Shown: positions 20,943-31,111 of the stretch, one piece after another
Layout of the letters: each line of letters starts with the position of its first letter
How positions within the stretch are numbered: the first letter of the stretch is position 1
Position numbers and translations under genes: made by a program
DNA from: an uncultured Chloroflexia bacterium
Lineage (GTDB): Bacteria > Chloroflexota > Limnocylindria > Limnocylindrales > CSP1-4
Reading direction: 5' to 3'
Length of the DNA stretch: 64,000 nucleotides
Assembly (NCBI GenBank): GCA_963748625.1
Contig: CAVVJT010000010.1
Span: 160,001 to 224,000 of the forward strand
The notes under the pieces: generated by a model
What the model was told of the DNA's origin: nothing
What the model saw: only the letters and a program-made list of their open reading frames with translations
Databases searched by the model: none

Positions 20943-21988
20943 GCGCGCGACCTCGGGTCGAAGGCATCGCGGAGGCCATCGCCCACGAAGTTGACCGCGA
21001 GCACGGTGATGATGATCGCCACGCCCGGGAAGAACGGCCACCACCAGTTGCCCAGGGCGAGGAACTGCAGGCCGCCCGACAGGATGTTGCCCCACGACGG
21101 TGACGTGGGGTCCACGCCGAACCCGAGGAAGCTCACGAACGCCTCGGAGATGATGTTCGCGGCCACCAGCAGGGAGGCCACCACCACGATCGGGCTGAAC
21201 GCGTTGGGCAGGATGTGGCGGAAGATGATGCGCCGGTCGCGGACACCCACCGCGAGCGCCGCCTCCACGAACTCGCGCTCGCGGATGGAGAGGAACAGCG
21301 ATCGCACGAGGCGGCTGACGCCCATCCAGGAGAAGAGTCCGAAGATCACGATGACAGTGGTGACCGTGCCGTTGCCGAGGAACTTGGCCGCGACGAGGAT
21401 CACGAACAGGGTGGGCAGGCTGAGCATGATGTCGACGAGGCGCATCAGCGAGTTGTCGACCACGCCACCGGCGAAGCCCGCGATGGAGCCGACGACGGTA
21501 CCGATCAGGACGCCGATCGCCATGCTGACGAAGCCGATCAGGAGCGACGTGCGGGCCCCGTTGACGACGAGCGTGAGCACGTCTCGCTGGAGGCCGCCGG
21601 TCTCGCCCATCGGGTGGGTCAGGCCCCACGCCTCGCAGTTGCGCTCCTGGGCCTGGTACTGGACGCAGAACGGGGGACGGCCGGTCTGGACGATCTGGTC
21701 AGGATCCGGGATGTCCTTGAAGTCGAAGGGCATCAGGATCGGCCCGAGCACGGAGACCAGGAGGATCACGCCGAGGATCGCCAGGCCGATGAGGGCCAGA
21801 CGGTGCTTGCGGAACTTCCGCCAGGCGAGCTGCCACTGGTTGAGCGACTGCAGGCCGACCTCGTAGTCGGCGGCCTTGGTCGGGTCCGGATCCACGATCT
21901 CCGCAACGGTCGGAGCCGGCTCCGCAGCGGGCTGGCCCTCGGGCTCGGACGCGGCGGGATCCGCCATGGGGTTCTGGGGTTCGGTCAT
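20939..21988 (-). CDS. OppC-type ABC permease
   Basis: QWQLAWRKF, GARTSLLIG, EFVEAALAVG, PSWG, NFVGDGLRDAFDPR. Confidence 0.92.
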   Translation of the reverse strand: MTEPQNPMADPAASEPEGQPAAEPAPTVAEIVDPDPTKAADYEVGLQSLNQWQLAWRKFRKHRLALIGLAILGVILLVSVLGPILMPFDFKDIPDPDQIVQTGRPPFCVQYQAQERNCEAWGLTHPMGETGGLQRDVLTLVVNGARTSLLIGFVSMAIGVLIGTVVGSIAGFAGGVVDNSLMRLVDIMLSLPTLFVILVAAKFLGNGTVTTVIVIFGLFSWMGVSRLVRSLFLSIREREFVEAALAVGVRDRRIIFRHILPNAFSPIVVVASLLVAANIISEAFVSFLGFGVDPTSPSWGNILSGGLQFLALGNWWWPFFPGVAIIITVLAVNFVGDGLRDAFDPRSRA

Positions 21989-21996
21989 CGGGCGGC

Positions 21997-23118
21997 TCAG
22001 TACTTGATGCGGGGATCGACAACCCCGTACATGACGTCGGCGAGCAGGTTCGCGAAGACCACCAGCATCGAGGTGACGAGGAGGACCCCCATCAGGATCG
22101 GGTAGTCGAACGTGCGCGTGGCGTCGATGGTCAGGTTGCCGATGCCCGGCCACGAGAAGATCGTCTCGGTGACGATCGCGCCCGTGAACAGGAACGGGAT
22201 CTCCAGGCCGATGTTGGTGATCACCGGCAGCATCGCGTTGCGGAGCGCGTGCTTGAAGTTGACGACGCGCGCCGGGAGGCCCTTCGCCTTGGCCGTGCGC
22301 ACGAAGTCCGCGCTCAGCGTCTCGAGCATGCTCGCCCGGACGAAGCGGCTGTCACCGGCGATGTTGACGACCACGAGCGTGACCACCGGCAGGAGGAGGT
22401 GCTTGCTGATGTCGGTGATCGCCTGGAGCGGCTTCTGGCCGAAGTACTCCCAGTACTTCTCCGAGCCGAACGGGGGCGAGAGGCGTGTCTCGGTCATGCC
22501 GCCCGCCGGCAGGATGTTCAAGCCCGGACCGCTGAAGATGAAGATCAGCATGATGCCCAGCCAGAAGGTGGGCATCGCGTAGCCCACGTAGCTGAACACC
22601 GTGGCCACGTTGTCGAACAACGAGTACCGGTGGATGGCGGCGTACACCCCCACCACGATGGCGATCACCAGCCAGACCACGAGGGCCGTGCCCGCCAGGA
22701 TCAACGTTGGCAGTGCAGCGCGCGCGATGCGCACGCTGACCTTCTCGCCCGAGCTGATCGAATAGCCGAGGTCCCCGTGCAGGACGCCGTTGGTGGCGCC
22801 GGACAGGACCTCGGGCAGGAAGTTGGGCAGCCCGCTCGGCCCGATGAACGCGGGGAGCGTGGGCAGCGAGCCGAGGAACGTCCCCTCGGTCTCCGGGTTG
22901 CAGATGCCCATCCAGCGGCAGTACTGGATCGGCACGGGCTGGTCAAGGCCCCACGCCTTGATGAACTTCTCCTTCATCGCATCCGTGAACTTGGGGTTGT
23001 TCGCGAACTTCGCCTGGGGTCCCCCAGGTGCGGCAAGAAGGATTCCGTAGACCACCACGGTGATCCCGAACAGGACCGGGATCGCCTGGAGGACGCGGCG
23101 CAGGATGAACTTCGTCAT
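21997..23118 (-). CDS. OppB-type ABC permease
   Basis: GLDQPVPIQY, GDLGYS, FVRTAKAKG, FSWPGIG, DVMYGVVDPRI. Confidence 0.92.
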   Translation of the reverse strand: MTKFILRRVLQAIPVLFGITVVVYGILLAAPGGPQAKFANNPKFTDAMKEKFIKAWGLDQPVPIQYCRWMGICNPETEGTFLGSLPTLPAFIGPSGLPNFLPEVLSGATNGVLHGDLGYSISSGEKVSVRIARAALPTLILAGTALVVWLVIAIVVGVYAAIHRYSLFDNVATVFSYVGYAMPTFWLGIMLIFIFSGPGLNILPAGGMTETRLSPPFGSEKYWEYFGQKPLQAITDISKHLLLPVVTLVVVNIAGDSRFVRASMLETLSADFVRTAKAKGLPARVVNFKHALRNAMLPVITNIGLEIPFLFTGAIVTETIFSWPGIGNLTIDATRTFDYPILMGVLLVTSMLVVFANLLADVMYGVVDPRIKY

Positions 23119-23230
23119 GGACGATGTGCCTCAGCCCCGAGCAAGCTTCTGAGCAATGGGTCGGCCGCCAGTCCGGCCGGCAGGGTTGCGCGGAAGATAC
23201 ACGCGTCCGCGGAACGCTGCCGGTCGCAAG

Positions 23231-23263
23231 CGGCGGGGCGCCCGGAGACCGGGCGCCCCGCCG
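23231..23263 (-). terminator. GC-rich hairpin between the SBP and permease genes (partial terminator or mRNA-stabilising stem)
   Basis: CGGCGGGGCGCCCGG-AGA-CCGGGCGCCCCGCCG. Confidence 0.7.
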
Positions 23264-23288
23264 AGTTGATCGCTGGATCTGGCAGCGG

Positions 23289-25163
23289 TTACTGCCGGAC
23301 GAACCAGTCCTCACCGTTCCAGGTCGAGCCGACCTGGGTGCCATTGGCAAAGTAGTTGCCGACCTTCTCGTTCGCCAGCTCCACGTTCTTGCGGTAGTAG
23401 AGCGGGACTTCGACGGTCTCGTTGACGTACGCCTCCTGGAAGGTCGCCATGGCGTCCTTGATGATCGCGAAGTCAACGTTGTTCTTCACGGCATCGAGGG
23501 CCGTGTCGACGTCGGCGTTCTTGACCTGGGCGTCGTTGGCGCCGTCCGGGCGGAACTGGCTGCTGTGGTAGCTGAAGTAGTTGCCCAGCGGGTCGATCGA
23601 CGAGCTGAACGCATGCTCAGCCAGGTCGAAGTTGCTGCGGGACAGGATGCACGGGGTGTCGTTCGTGCCCTCGTTGTAGTCGGCGAAGATGTTCGCCGGA
23701 TCCACAGCGTTGATCACGGAGTCGATGCCCACGGCCTTGAGCCACTGTGCGATCAGGGCAAGGGTGTCCTGGCGCACCTGGCGGGTGGTGGTGCAGAGCT
23801 CGATCTTGGCAGCGACGCCGTCCTTCTCGACGATGCCGTCGCCATTGGAGTCGGCCCAGCCGCCGTCGGCCAGGATCTGCATGGCCTTCGCGGGGTCGTA
23901 GACGGTCGGCTCCTGGTCAGCGTAGAACCACGCCGCCGGGCTGATGTTGGTGTTGGCGATCTGGGCGTTGCCGCCGAGGAGGCGGGTGTTGATCTCCTCC
24001 TTGTCGATCGCGAAGGCGATCGCCTCGCGAACGGCCGGGTCGCTGGTCGGGCAGCCGGCGCCGCGATCGGCGACGGCGGCGTTGCGCGAGCAGCCACCGG
24101 TGCCCTTGGCCTCATCCCAGTTCGTGATCGGGGACCAGTTGGGGCGGAGGAACTCGTACAGGAGGGCCGGGATGGCCGCGACCTGCTCGCCGAGGTCCTG
24201 GACCTTCGGAATGTCCGAGTCGGCCAGGTCGAAGGCGACGTCGATCTCGCCGCCGCGGAAGCCCGCGATCATGGCGTCGGGATCGCCGTACCACTTGAAG
24301 ATGATGTTGTCGAGGTACGGGGCCGCACCGGTGCGCCCGTTCGTGTAGTTGTCGTTGCGGGCGAGCCGGAGCTCCTGGCCCGGGGTCACGGACTCGTACT
24401 TGAACGCGCCGGAGACCGGGAGGTCGGCGATCTTGTCAAGCTCGAAGCCTGCGCCCTTGGTCTGGTCCGCAACCGGGATGTTGCCCAGGTAGTGGCGCGG
24501 CAGCGGCGAGGTCATGATCGTCAGGTAGCCCGAGTAGATCTTGCCGAAGTGCCAGACCATGTCGGTGTCCGACGGGCAGTCGAATGCGGTCATGTCTTCC
24601 CAGCCGGCGGTGATGACACCGACGTTCTCGGGATCCATGACCCACTCGTAGGCGTACTTGAAGTCGTCGCAGGTGAGCGGCTCACCGTCGGACCACTTCA
24701 GGCCGTCGCGGATCTTCCAGGTGACGGTCATCGCGTCGCCGTTCTCACCGACCGTGACGCCACCATTCTCGGTGGTCGGGATCGGCTCGGCGGCGAGCTG
24801 CGGGATGTACTTGAAGTCGTGGCTGATCGACAGCAGGGTGTGCCACACGAGCGAGGCGACGTTGGCCTCGGTGACCTGACCCAGGTAGTACGGGTTGAAC
24901 TGGGTGGCTTCCTGCCAGTCGCCGATGATCACGGAGCCGCCGGGCGTGCCGGGCTCAGGGTTGTAGACCGTGCCGAAGAGGTTGACTGCCTCCTCCGGGG
25001 TTTCGGTCGGTGCGACGGTTGCCGGCGCTTCGGTGGCCGGGGCCGCCGTCGCCGGGGCCGCCGTCGCCGGGGCCTCCGTCGCCGGGGCAGGGGTGGTGCT
25101 TGTGCCGCCGCAGGCTGCGACCAGAATGGCCGCGCCCGCGATCAGGCCCACCAGTTTTCGCAT
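23289..25163 (-). CDS. OppA-type peptide-binding lipoprotein (canonical domain order)
   Basis: Lipobox ILVAAC, APAT-repeat linker, N-terminal WKIRDGLKWSDGEPLTCDD, VREAIAFAID, DSNGDG; RBS GGAGGAG. Confidence 0.92.
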   Translation of the reverse strand: MRKLVGLIAGAAILVAACGGTSTTPAPATEAPATAAPATAAPATEAPATVAPTETPEEAVNLFGTVYNPEPGTPGGSVIIGDWQEATQFNPYYLGQVTEANVASLVWHTLLSISHDFKYIPQLAAEPIPTTENGGVTVGENGDAMTVTWKIRDGLKWSDGEPLTCDDFKYAYEWVMDPENVGVITAGWEDMTAFDCPSDTDMVWHFGKIYSGYLTIMTSPLPRHYLGNIPVADQTKGAGFELDKIADLPVSGAFKYESVTPGQELRLARNDNYTNGRTGAAPYLDNIIFKWYGDPDAMIAGFRGGEIDVAFDLADSDIPKVQDLGEQVAAIPALLYEFLRPNWSPITNWDEAKGTGGCSRNAAVADRGAGCPTSDPAVREAIAFAIDKEEINTRLLGGNAQIANTNISPAAWFYADQEPTVYDPAKAMQILADGGWADSNGDGIVEKDGVAAKIELCTTTRQVRQDTLALIAQWLKAVGIDSVINAVDPANIFADYNEGTNDTPCILSRSNFDLAEHAFSSSIDPLGNYFSYHSSQFRPDGANDAQVKNADVDTALDAVKNNVDFAIIKDAMATFQEAYVNETVEVPLYYRKNVELANEKVGNYFANGTQVGSTWNGEDWFVRQ

Positions 25164-25348
25164 CAAGGCTCCTCCAGGCTGCGTAGGGTCGGGGGACTAC
25201 TGCTCCCTCGCAGGACCTCCGACCGTGCCGTGCGCAGGGCGCGCACGGGCAACGGGCAGCAGGGCTGCGCTGGCTGCAAGATCGCTTACCGCGCACACGG
25301 GTGTCAAATCGCAGGATCGGATCGCCGGGCCGGATGGTCCCAGCGTAC

Positions 25349-25918
25349 CTACCGCGGTTCGAGGACGCGTGCAGTCGCGTCAGGTGCGGCCACCTCCTTC
25401 CAAGGCCTGAGCATGGTGTCGGGATACCGCGGCGGCAGGGTGCCGGGACCGGCCGAGATCACGATCTGGGGACCGCTCTCCGGGCTGCTCGCCAGGCGGC
25501 GCTCGGCCGCCTGCCACTGCTGGACCCCCGGTGCCTGGACCGGGGTGATGACGTGTGGGGACGCCTGGCCGGCGGGCGCGGTGGGGGGACCCGCCCGAGG
25601 CATCACCACGATGGCGGCCAGGGCGGCTCCGGCCGCGAGGCTGCCGAGCTGGAGACGCCACGCCCAGCGGCCATGCCCTGCCCCGGGCGGCACGCGGAGC
25701 ACGGCCGCGGTGGCCGGCACCGGCAGGCGTCGATACGTTGCGCCCGCACGGCGCAGGGCCGCGACCGTCAGCGCGATCCCGACGGCCTCCTCCTCGCAGG
25801 AGCGGCAGATGGCGAGATGCTCGAGCGCCGCCGGCGTCCCGGGCCCGCGCTCACGGTGCTCGGCCAGGGCCAGGAGCGCTGGGCGGTGCACGCGGCAGTC
25901 TCCCCGCCGGCCGGTCAC
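25349..25918 (-). CDS. Putative zinc-binding anti-sigma factor (ZAS/zf-HC2) with one TM helix
   Basis: EHLAICRSC (HxxxCxxC) motif, TM segment, GTGA overlap with the sigma gene stop. Confidence 0.75.
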   Translation of the reverse strand: MTGRRGDCRVHRPALLALAEHRERGPGTPAALEHLAICRSCEEEAVGIALTVAALRRAGATYRRLPVPATAAVLRVPPGAGHGRWAWRLQLGSLAAGAALAAIVVMPRAGPPTAPAGQASPHVITPVQAPGVQQWQAAERRLASSPESGPQIVISAGPGTLPPRYPDTMLRPWKEVAAPDATARVLEPR

Positions 25919-26523
25919 GGCAGGCCCTCGACGCCATCCGCCTCCGCGGACTCCACCAGGGTGCCCCAGGCGCCGCCGAAACGCCGATCCGCGTCCAGCC
26001 GGCACCGCAGGTCACGCAGGGCATGGTGGACGCGGCTCTTGACCGTCCCCAGTGGCAGGTCCAGCTCGTCAGCGGTCTCCTGGAGCGACCGTCCCTCGAG
26101 GTAGTACAGCGTCACGACAGCGCGGTGCTTGTCCGAGAGACCGGCGATCCCGTCGTGGAGGATGATCCGCAGCTCGGCCCACTCGGCGCTCATGGCCGGA
26201 CCGGCGGCTCCATCCGCGACCCGCTCGGCCACCACCTCGGTCACGGGCTCGCTGGGCACCCGGCGCCGGCCGAGGCGCGAGTAGCACAGGTTCAAGGCGA
26301 CCTTGTGCAGCCACGGCAGTGGCGAGACGTCCGTGCGCAGGCGGCGACGGTGCACAAAGGCACGCCCGAAGGTGTCCATCAGGACCTCCTCGGACACGCT
26401 GGGATCGCGCGTCAGCGCCAGGGCGACGCGGTACACCGGCACGCGGTAGCGCTCGAACAGCGTTGTCAACGCGTCCGTGTCGTCATCGTCGGCCATCCGG
26501 CGGATGAGATCACCATCGGGCAT
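25915..26523 (-). CDS. ECF RNA polymerase sigma-70 factor
   Basis: Region 2 (VYRVALAL..SEEVLMDTF..PWLHKVALN) and region 4 (LYYLEGRSLQETADELDLPLGTVKSRVH). Confidence 0.9.
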   Translation of the reverse strand: MPDGDLIRRMADDDDTDALTTLFERYRVPVYRVALALTRDPSVSEEVLMDTFGRAFVHRRRLRTDVSPLPWLHKVALNLCYSRLGRRRVPSEPVTEVVAERVADGAAGPAMSAEWAELRIILHDGIAGLSDKHRAVVTLYYLEGRSLQETADELDLPLGTVKSRVHHALRDLRCRLDADRRFGGAWGTLVESAEADGVEGLP

Positions 26524-26603
26524 AGCCCGGCGGCGCTCGATGTCCTGTTCGCCGTCGATCGCGCGTACTCCGTGCGGTGGTCAGGCATCCCCTACATCCA
26601 CGA

Positions 26604-26629
26604 TACCGCCAGAAACGTGCGAAGGTTCA
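26604..26629 (-). promoter_or_regulatory. Putative autoregulatory ECF promoter TGAACC-N16-GGTA(TCGT)
   Basis: AAC-containing -35 typical of ECF promoters, directly upstream of the sigma gene. Confidence 0.55.
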
Positions 26630-26652
26630 ATCCGGGCGGTCTCGTCGCCTGC

Positions 26653-28152
26653 TCAGTCCGGACAGGGCATCTGGGCGCCGTCCATGCCCCGCCAGCGCAG
26701 GTTGGGGTGGCGCGCAGCCGTCGCCTCGTCGAGTCGTTTCACGGGAGCCACGTGCGGCGCAGACGTGACGAGCTCCGGATCGGTCTCGGCCTCGTGCGCG
26801 ATCTCGATCAGGGCATCGACGAAGGCGTCCAGCGTCTCGATCGATTCGGTCTCCGTCGGCTCGATGAGCATCGCCTCCTCGACCGTGAGCGGGAAGTAGA
26901 TCGTCGGCGGGTGGTAACCCTTGTCGATCAGGCGCTTCGCGATGTCGAGGGTGCGCACGCCCGTCCGCGCCTTGATGTCCGCCGCCGAGGCGACGAACTC
27001 GTGCTTGCACGGTCGCTCGAACGGGATCTGGTAGGTGCCGGCGAGGCGGTGCTTCATGTAGTTGGCGGCGAGGACCGCGTCCTCCGTAGCCTCACGCAGG
27101 CCGGTGCCGCCGTGCGCACGCAGGTAGGCGTACGCGCGGACCAGGACGCCGGTGCTGCCGAAGAAGCTGCGGACACGCCCGATGCTGGTGGGGCGTTCTC
27201 CGTGACGCTCGAGACGGTAGGTGCCATCGGCGGCGCGCAGGACCCGCGGCGCGGGCAGGAACGGCTCCAGCACCGCGCGCACCCCGACGGGACCCGCGCC
27301 CGGGCCGCCGCCGCCGTGCGGCGTGCTGAAGGTCTTGTGGGTGTTGAAGTGCATCACGTCGAAGCCGGCGGCGCCAGGCCGGAAGTGGCCCATGATCGCG
27401 TTGAGATTCGCCCCGTCCATGTAGGCGAGGGCTCCTGCCGCGTGCGTGGCCTCGAGCAGCTCGCCCACACGTGCCTCGAAGAGGCCCAGCGTGGACGGGT
27501 TCGTGATCATGATCGCGGCGGTGGACGGGCCAAGGGCGGCCTGGAATGCCGCGATGTCCACACCCCCGTCCGGGGCGGACGGGATGGTGATCGTCTTGAA
27601 GCCCGCCATGGTTGCCGTGGCGGGGTTCGTGCCGTGGCTGGAGTCCGGGACCAGCACATCAGTGCGGGCCGTATCACCGCGGCTGCGGTGGTAGGCGCGG
27701 ATCATCAGCAGGCCGGTGAGCTCGCCGTGGGCGCCTGCGGCGGGCTGGAGCGTGACCGCATCCATTCCCGACACCTCGGCCAGGATCCCCTCCAGCTCCC
27801 AGAGCATCTGGAGCGTGCCCTGCGAGACCGCATCCGGGCTCATCGGGTGGAGGCCGGCGAAGCCCTCCAGCCGCGCCGCCCACTCGTTGAGCTTGGGGTT
27901 GTACTTCATCGTGCACGAGCCGAGCGGGTAGAAGCCCGTGTCCACGGAGTAGTTGAGCTGCGAGAGGTTCGTGTAGTGGCGGACGACCTCGGGCTCCGAG
28001 AGCTCGGGGAGGGAGACCGGCGTGGTCCGACGCGCCGACGCCGGGATCCGGTCCAGCGCGCCCGGGGCGATGTGCGGGATCTTGGAGCCGCCCCGACCGG
28101 GGCGGCTGCGCTCGAAGATCGTGGGCTGCAGCTTCTCGCCGACGACGCTCAC
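26653..28152 (-). CDS. gcvPB: Glycine dehydrogenase (decarboxylating) subunit 2
   Basis: YPLGSCTMKYNPK, QPAAGAHGE, HGTNPAT, HFNTHKTFSTPHGGGGPG, IEPTETES. Confidence 0.95.
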   Translation of the reverse strand: MSVVGEKLQPTIFERSRPGRGGSKIPHIAPGALDRIPASARRTTPVSLPELSEPEVVRHYTNLSQLNYSVDTGFYPLGSCTMKYNPKLNEWAARLEGFAGLHPMSPDAVSQGTLQMLWELEGILAEVSGMDAVTLQPAAGAHGELTGLLMIRAYHRSRGDTARTDVLVPDSSHGTNPATATMAGFKTITIPSAPDGGVDIAAFQAALGPSTAAIMITNPSTLGLFEARVGELLEATHAAGALAYMDGANLNAIMGHFRPGAAGFDVMHFNTHKTFSTPHGGGGPGAGPVGVRAVLEPFLPAPRVLRAADGTYRLERHGERPTSIGRVRSFFGSTGVLVRAYAYLRAHGGTGLREATEDAVLAANYMKHRLAGTYQIPFERPCKHEFVASAADIKARTGVRTLDIAKRLIDKGYHPPTIYFPLTVEEAMLIEPTETESIETLDAFVDALIEIAHEAETDPELVTSAPHVAPVKRLDEATAARHPNLRWRGMDGAQMPCPD

Positions 28153-29519
28153 GCGACACCTCCGGCCAGCTCGGCGCGGAGCGCGTCCGCGAACAGGGCG
28201 ATCTCCGCCTCGGTCGTGACCTCGGTCGCACAGACCAGGAGGCCATCGGCCAGGGCGGGTTCATCGGGAAGCAGGTCCGCGGTCGGGATCCCCGCGAGGA
28301 CACCCCGATCCAGGAGCCGGGCGTGGACCGCGCGGGCATCCGGGACACTGACCACGAACTCGTTGAGGTAGGGCCCCTCGTGGAGGCGCGGCGCGCCGGC
28401 CTCGGACAAGGCCGCCTCCAGCTCCGCAGCACGGCGGGCGCCCCAGGCGACGACATCGCCGAGCCCGTGCGGGCCGATGGTGGAGATGTACACCGAGGCG
28501 GCAAGCGCCAGGAGGGCCTGGTTGGTGCAGATGTTGGAGGCCGCCTTCTCACGCCTGATGTCCTGCTCGCGGGCGCGCATGGTCATCACGAAGGCGCGCT
28601 TGCCGTCCAGGTCCGTGGTCATGCCGACCAGGCGGCCCGGAATCTGGCGCATGAGGGCATCCGTGCAGGCCACGATGCCCAGGTACGGGCCACCGTAGGC
28701 GAGCGGGATGCCCAGCGACTGGCCCTCGCCCGCGGCGATGTCGGCGCCGTACTCGCCCGGGGCGGCCAAGGCCGCGAGGCCCACGGGCTCGATCACCGCC
28801 ACGAACAGGGCGCCCGCCGCGTGGCTGAGCTCCGAGATGCGTGGCATCGCCTCGAGGAGGCCCAGGATGTTGGGATTGGCGGCGACGACGCCCGCGACGG
28901 GGGTGCCGTCGGCGAGCATCCGCTCCAGGGCCGCCATGTCCGTGCAGCCCGCCGACGGCCCGGCGGCCTCGAGCGGGATCTCGTCCACCCGGAGACCGGC
29001 ACCCTCGGCGTAGGTCTCCAGGGTCTCGCGGTAGTGCGGATGCACCCCGCGCGAGACCAGGATCCGCTCGCGCCGCGTCTGGCGGCAGGTCATGAGAGCG
29101 GCTTCAGCCGTCGCAGCGCCGCCGTCGTAGTGCGACGCCGAGACCACGTCCATGCCGGTCAGGGCCGCCATGAGGGACTGGTACTCGTAGATGCTCTGCA
29201 GCGTGCCCTGGCTGACCTCGGGCTGGTACGGCGTGTAGGCCGTGTACCACTCGCCGCGGATCAGCATCTGGTCCACCGTGGGCGGCGTCCAGTGCCGGTA
29301 CGCGCCGGCGCCCAGGAACGACGCGAGGTCCACCCGGTTGCGCCCGGCCAGGTCCCGCAGCCGCACAGAGAGCTGCAGCTCCGGCTCAGGGCCGTCGAGT
29401 GCCAGCGGGCCGGCCCGCAATGCCTCCGGGATGTCCTCGAAGAGCTCGTCGACGGAGGCGATCCCGATCGCCTCGAGCATCCGCGCGCGGTCGTCCGCGG
29501 CATGCGGCCCATACGGCAT
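28149..29519 (-). CDS. gcvPA: Glycine dehydrogenase (decarboxylating) subunit 1
   Basis: TAYTPYQPEVSQGTLQ, YDGG, GGPYLG, REQDIRREKAASNICTNQ. Confidence 0.95.
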   Translation of the reverse strand: MPYGPHAADDRARMLEAIGIASVDELFEDIPEALRAGPLALDGPEPELQLSVRLRDLAGRNRVDLASFLGAGAYRHWTPPTVDQMLIRGEWYTAYTPYQPEVSQGTLQSIYEYQSLMAALTGMDVVSASHYDGGAATAEAALMTCRQTRRERILVSRGVHPHYRETLETYAEGAGLRVDEIPLEAAGPSAGCTDMAALERMLADGTPVAGVVAANPNILGLLEAMPRISELSHAAGALFVAVIEPVGLAALAAPGEYGADIAAGEGQSLGIPLAYGGPYLGIVACTDALMRQIPGRLVGMTTDLDGKRAFVMTMRAREQDIRREKAASNICTNQALLALAASVYISTIGPHGLGDVVAWGARRAAELEAALSEAGAPRLHEGPYLNEFVVSVPDARAVHARLLDRGVLAGIPTADLLPDEPALADGLLVCATEVTTEAEIALFADALRAELAGGVA

Positions 29520-29522
29520 CGA

Positions 29523-29903
29523 TCAGGCCTCGGAGATCAGCTGCTCGTACGCCGCCGCGTCCATGAGACCGTCCAGCTGGGCCGCGTCGGCGAGGCGAAC
29601 GCGGAGCATCCAGCCCTCACCGAACGGGTCGCTGTTGACGAGCTCCGGGCTGCCCGCCAGCGCCTCGTTGGTCCCGACCACCTCACCCGCGAGCGGGGCG
29701 AACAGGTCGCTGACGGCCTTGACGGACTCGACGACGCCGAAGGTGGCGTGTGCGGCAAGGGTCCGGCCAACGTCGGGCAGCTCCACGAACACGATGTCGC
29801 CAAGCTGGTCGGCCGCGAACTTGGTGATGCCCACAACGGCGTCGTCGCCGTCAACGCGGACCCACTCGTGCTCCTTGGTGTAGCGCAGGTCGCCGGGAAC
29901 CAT
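29523..29903 (-). CDS. gcvH: Glycine cleavage system H protein
   Basis: YTKEHEW, lipoyl-Lys motif VESVKAVSD, NSDPFGEGW. Confidence 0.96.
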   Translation of the reverse strand: MVPGDLRYTKEHEWVRVDGDDAVVGITKFAADQLGDIVFVELPDVGRTLAAHATFGVVESVKAVSDLFAPLAGEVVGTNEALAGSPELVNSDPFGEGWMLRVRLADAAQLDGLMDAAAYEQLISEA

Positions 29904-29987
29904 CGGGTGCTCCTCCTGAGGCGCCGGGCGCGATCCCGGCTTGGGCGCAATGGCGTGGAGAGGTGCGTGGTGCGCGGTAGCGGACGC

Positions 29988-31103
29988 TCAGGCGGGCCGC
30001 TTGTAGAAGGGCAGCGGAACCACCTCGGCGGCGACACGCGAGCCGCGGACCTCGATGTCGAGCATCGTACCGGGGTTGGCATGGGCGGTGGCGACGTAGG
30101 CCATCGCGATGGGTTCGCCGAGCGTGGGGCTCATGGTCCCCGAGGTGACGACGCCCGTGGGCCCGTCGGCGTCGAGGACCGGGTAGCCGTGCCGGGCGAT
30201 GCCGCGACCGCGGAGCACGAGCCCCACCAGCGAGCGCGTGGTGCCCTCCGCGTGGGCCTTCTCGAGCGCGGCCCGGCCCGTGAAGGGACCGGGCTTGCCC
30301 AGCTTGACGACCCTGCCCAGGCCCGCCTCGTACGGCGTGGTGTCGCGACCGAGCTCGTTGCCGTAGAGCGGCATGCCCGCCTCGAGGCGCAGCGTGTCGC
30401 GCGCACCGAGGCCCACCGGCACGAGACCGTGGTCGCGCCCCGCCGCCAGCAGGGCGTCCCACACCTCTCCGGCGCGCTCGACCTCCACCAGCAGCTCGAA
30501 CCCGTCCTCACCGGTGTACCCGGTACGGGCGATGAGGGCCGGAATGCCGGCCACGATCCCCTCGGCGATGCCGTAGTACTTGATCGCGGAGATGTCCACG
30601 TCGGCAAGGGGACCCACGATGTCCAGAGCCCGCGGTCCCTGCACGGCGACCAGGCCGGTGGCCAGGCTGCGATCGTCGAGCACCGCGGCGAACCCGGCGA
30701 GCCGCTGGGCCAGGGCGTCCGAGACGGTGCCCGCGTTCGAGGCGTTCGCGACGATCAGGAAGCGGTCCTCGGCGAGCCGGTAGACGATCAGGTCGTCCAG
30801 GATCCCGCCGTCCTCAGCGCAGATCATCGAGTAGTGCGCCCGGCCCACCGCAAGGGCCGGCGGGTCGGTGACCAGTGCGGCAGCCAGCGCGGCACCCGCC
30901 TCCGGACCCTCGATGAACAGCTCGCCCATGTGCGAGAGGTCGAACAGGCCGGCAGCTGCGCGGACGGCCTTGTGCTCGTCGATGATGCCGCCGTACTGGA
31001 TGGGCATGAGCCAGCCGGCGAACTCGACGATCCGGGCGCCCAGCGCCTCGTGGCGGTCCAGCAGCGGGGTTGGCGTCGGCTGCGGCGCGTCGCTCTCGGT
31101 CAT
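29988..31103 (-). CDS. gcvT: Glycine cleavage system aminomethyltransferase T
   Basis: FAGWLMP, FDLSHMG, RTGYTGEDGFE, GLGARDTLRLEAG, TSGTMSP. Confidence 0.95.
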   Translation of the reverse strand: MTESDAPQPTPTPLLDRHEALGARIVEFAGWLMPIQYGGIIDEHKAVRAAAGLFDLSHMGELFIEGPEAGAALAAALVTDPPALAVGRAHYSMICAEDGGILDDLIVYRLAEDRFLIVANASNAGTVSDALAQRLAGFAAVLDDRSLATGLVAVQGPRALDIVGPLADVDISAIKYYGIAEGIVAGIPALIARTGYTGEDGFELLVEVERAGEVWDALLAAGRDHGLVPVGLGARDTLRLEAGMPLYGNELGRDTTPYEAGLGRVVKLGKPGPFTGRAALEKAHAEGTTRSLVGLVLRGRGIARHGYPVLDADGPTGVVTSGTMSPTLGEPIAMAYVATAHANPGTMLDIEVRGSRVAAEVVPLPFYKRPA

Positions 31104-31111
31104 CGGTGCGT

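Noticed and set aside
25020-25090. 15-bp tandem repeats as an independent repeat element
   Set aside because: They encode the APAT lipoprotein linker of OppA; the same holds for the PTAKP repeats in the LysM gene
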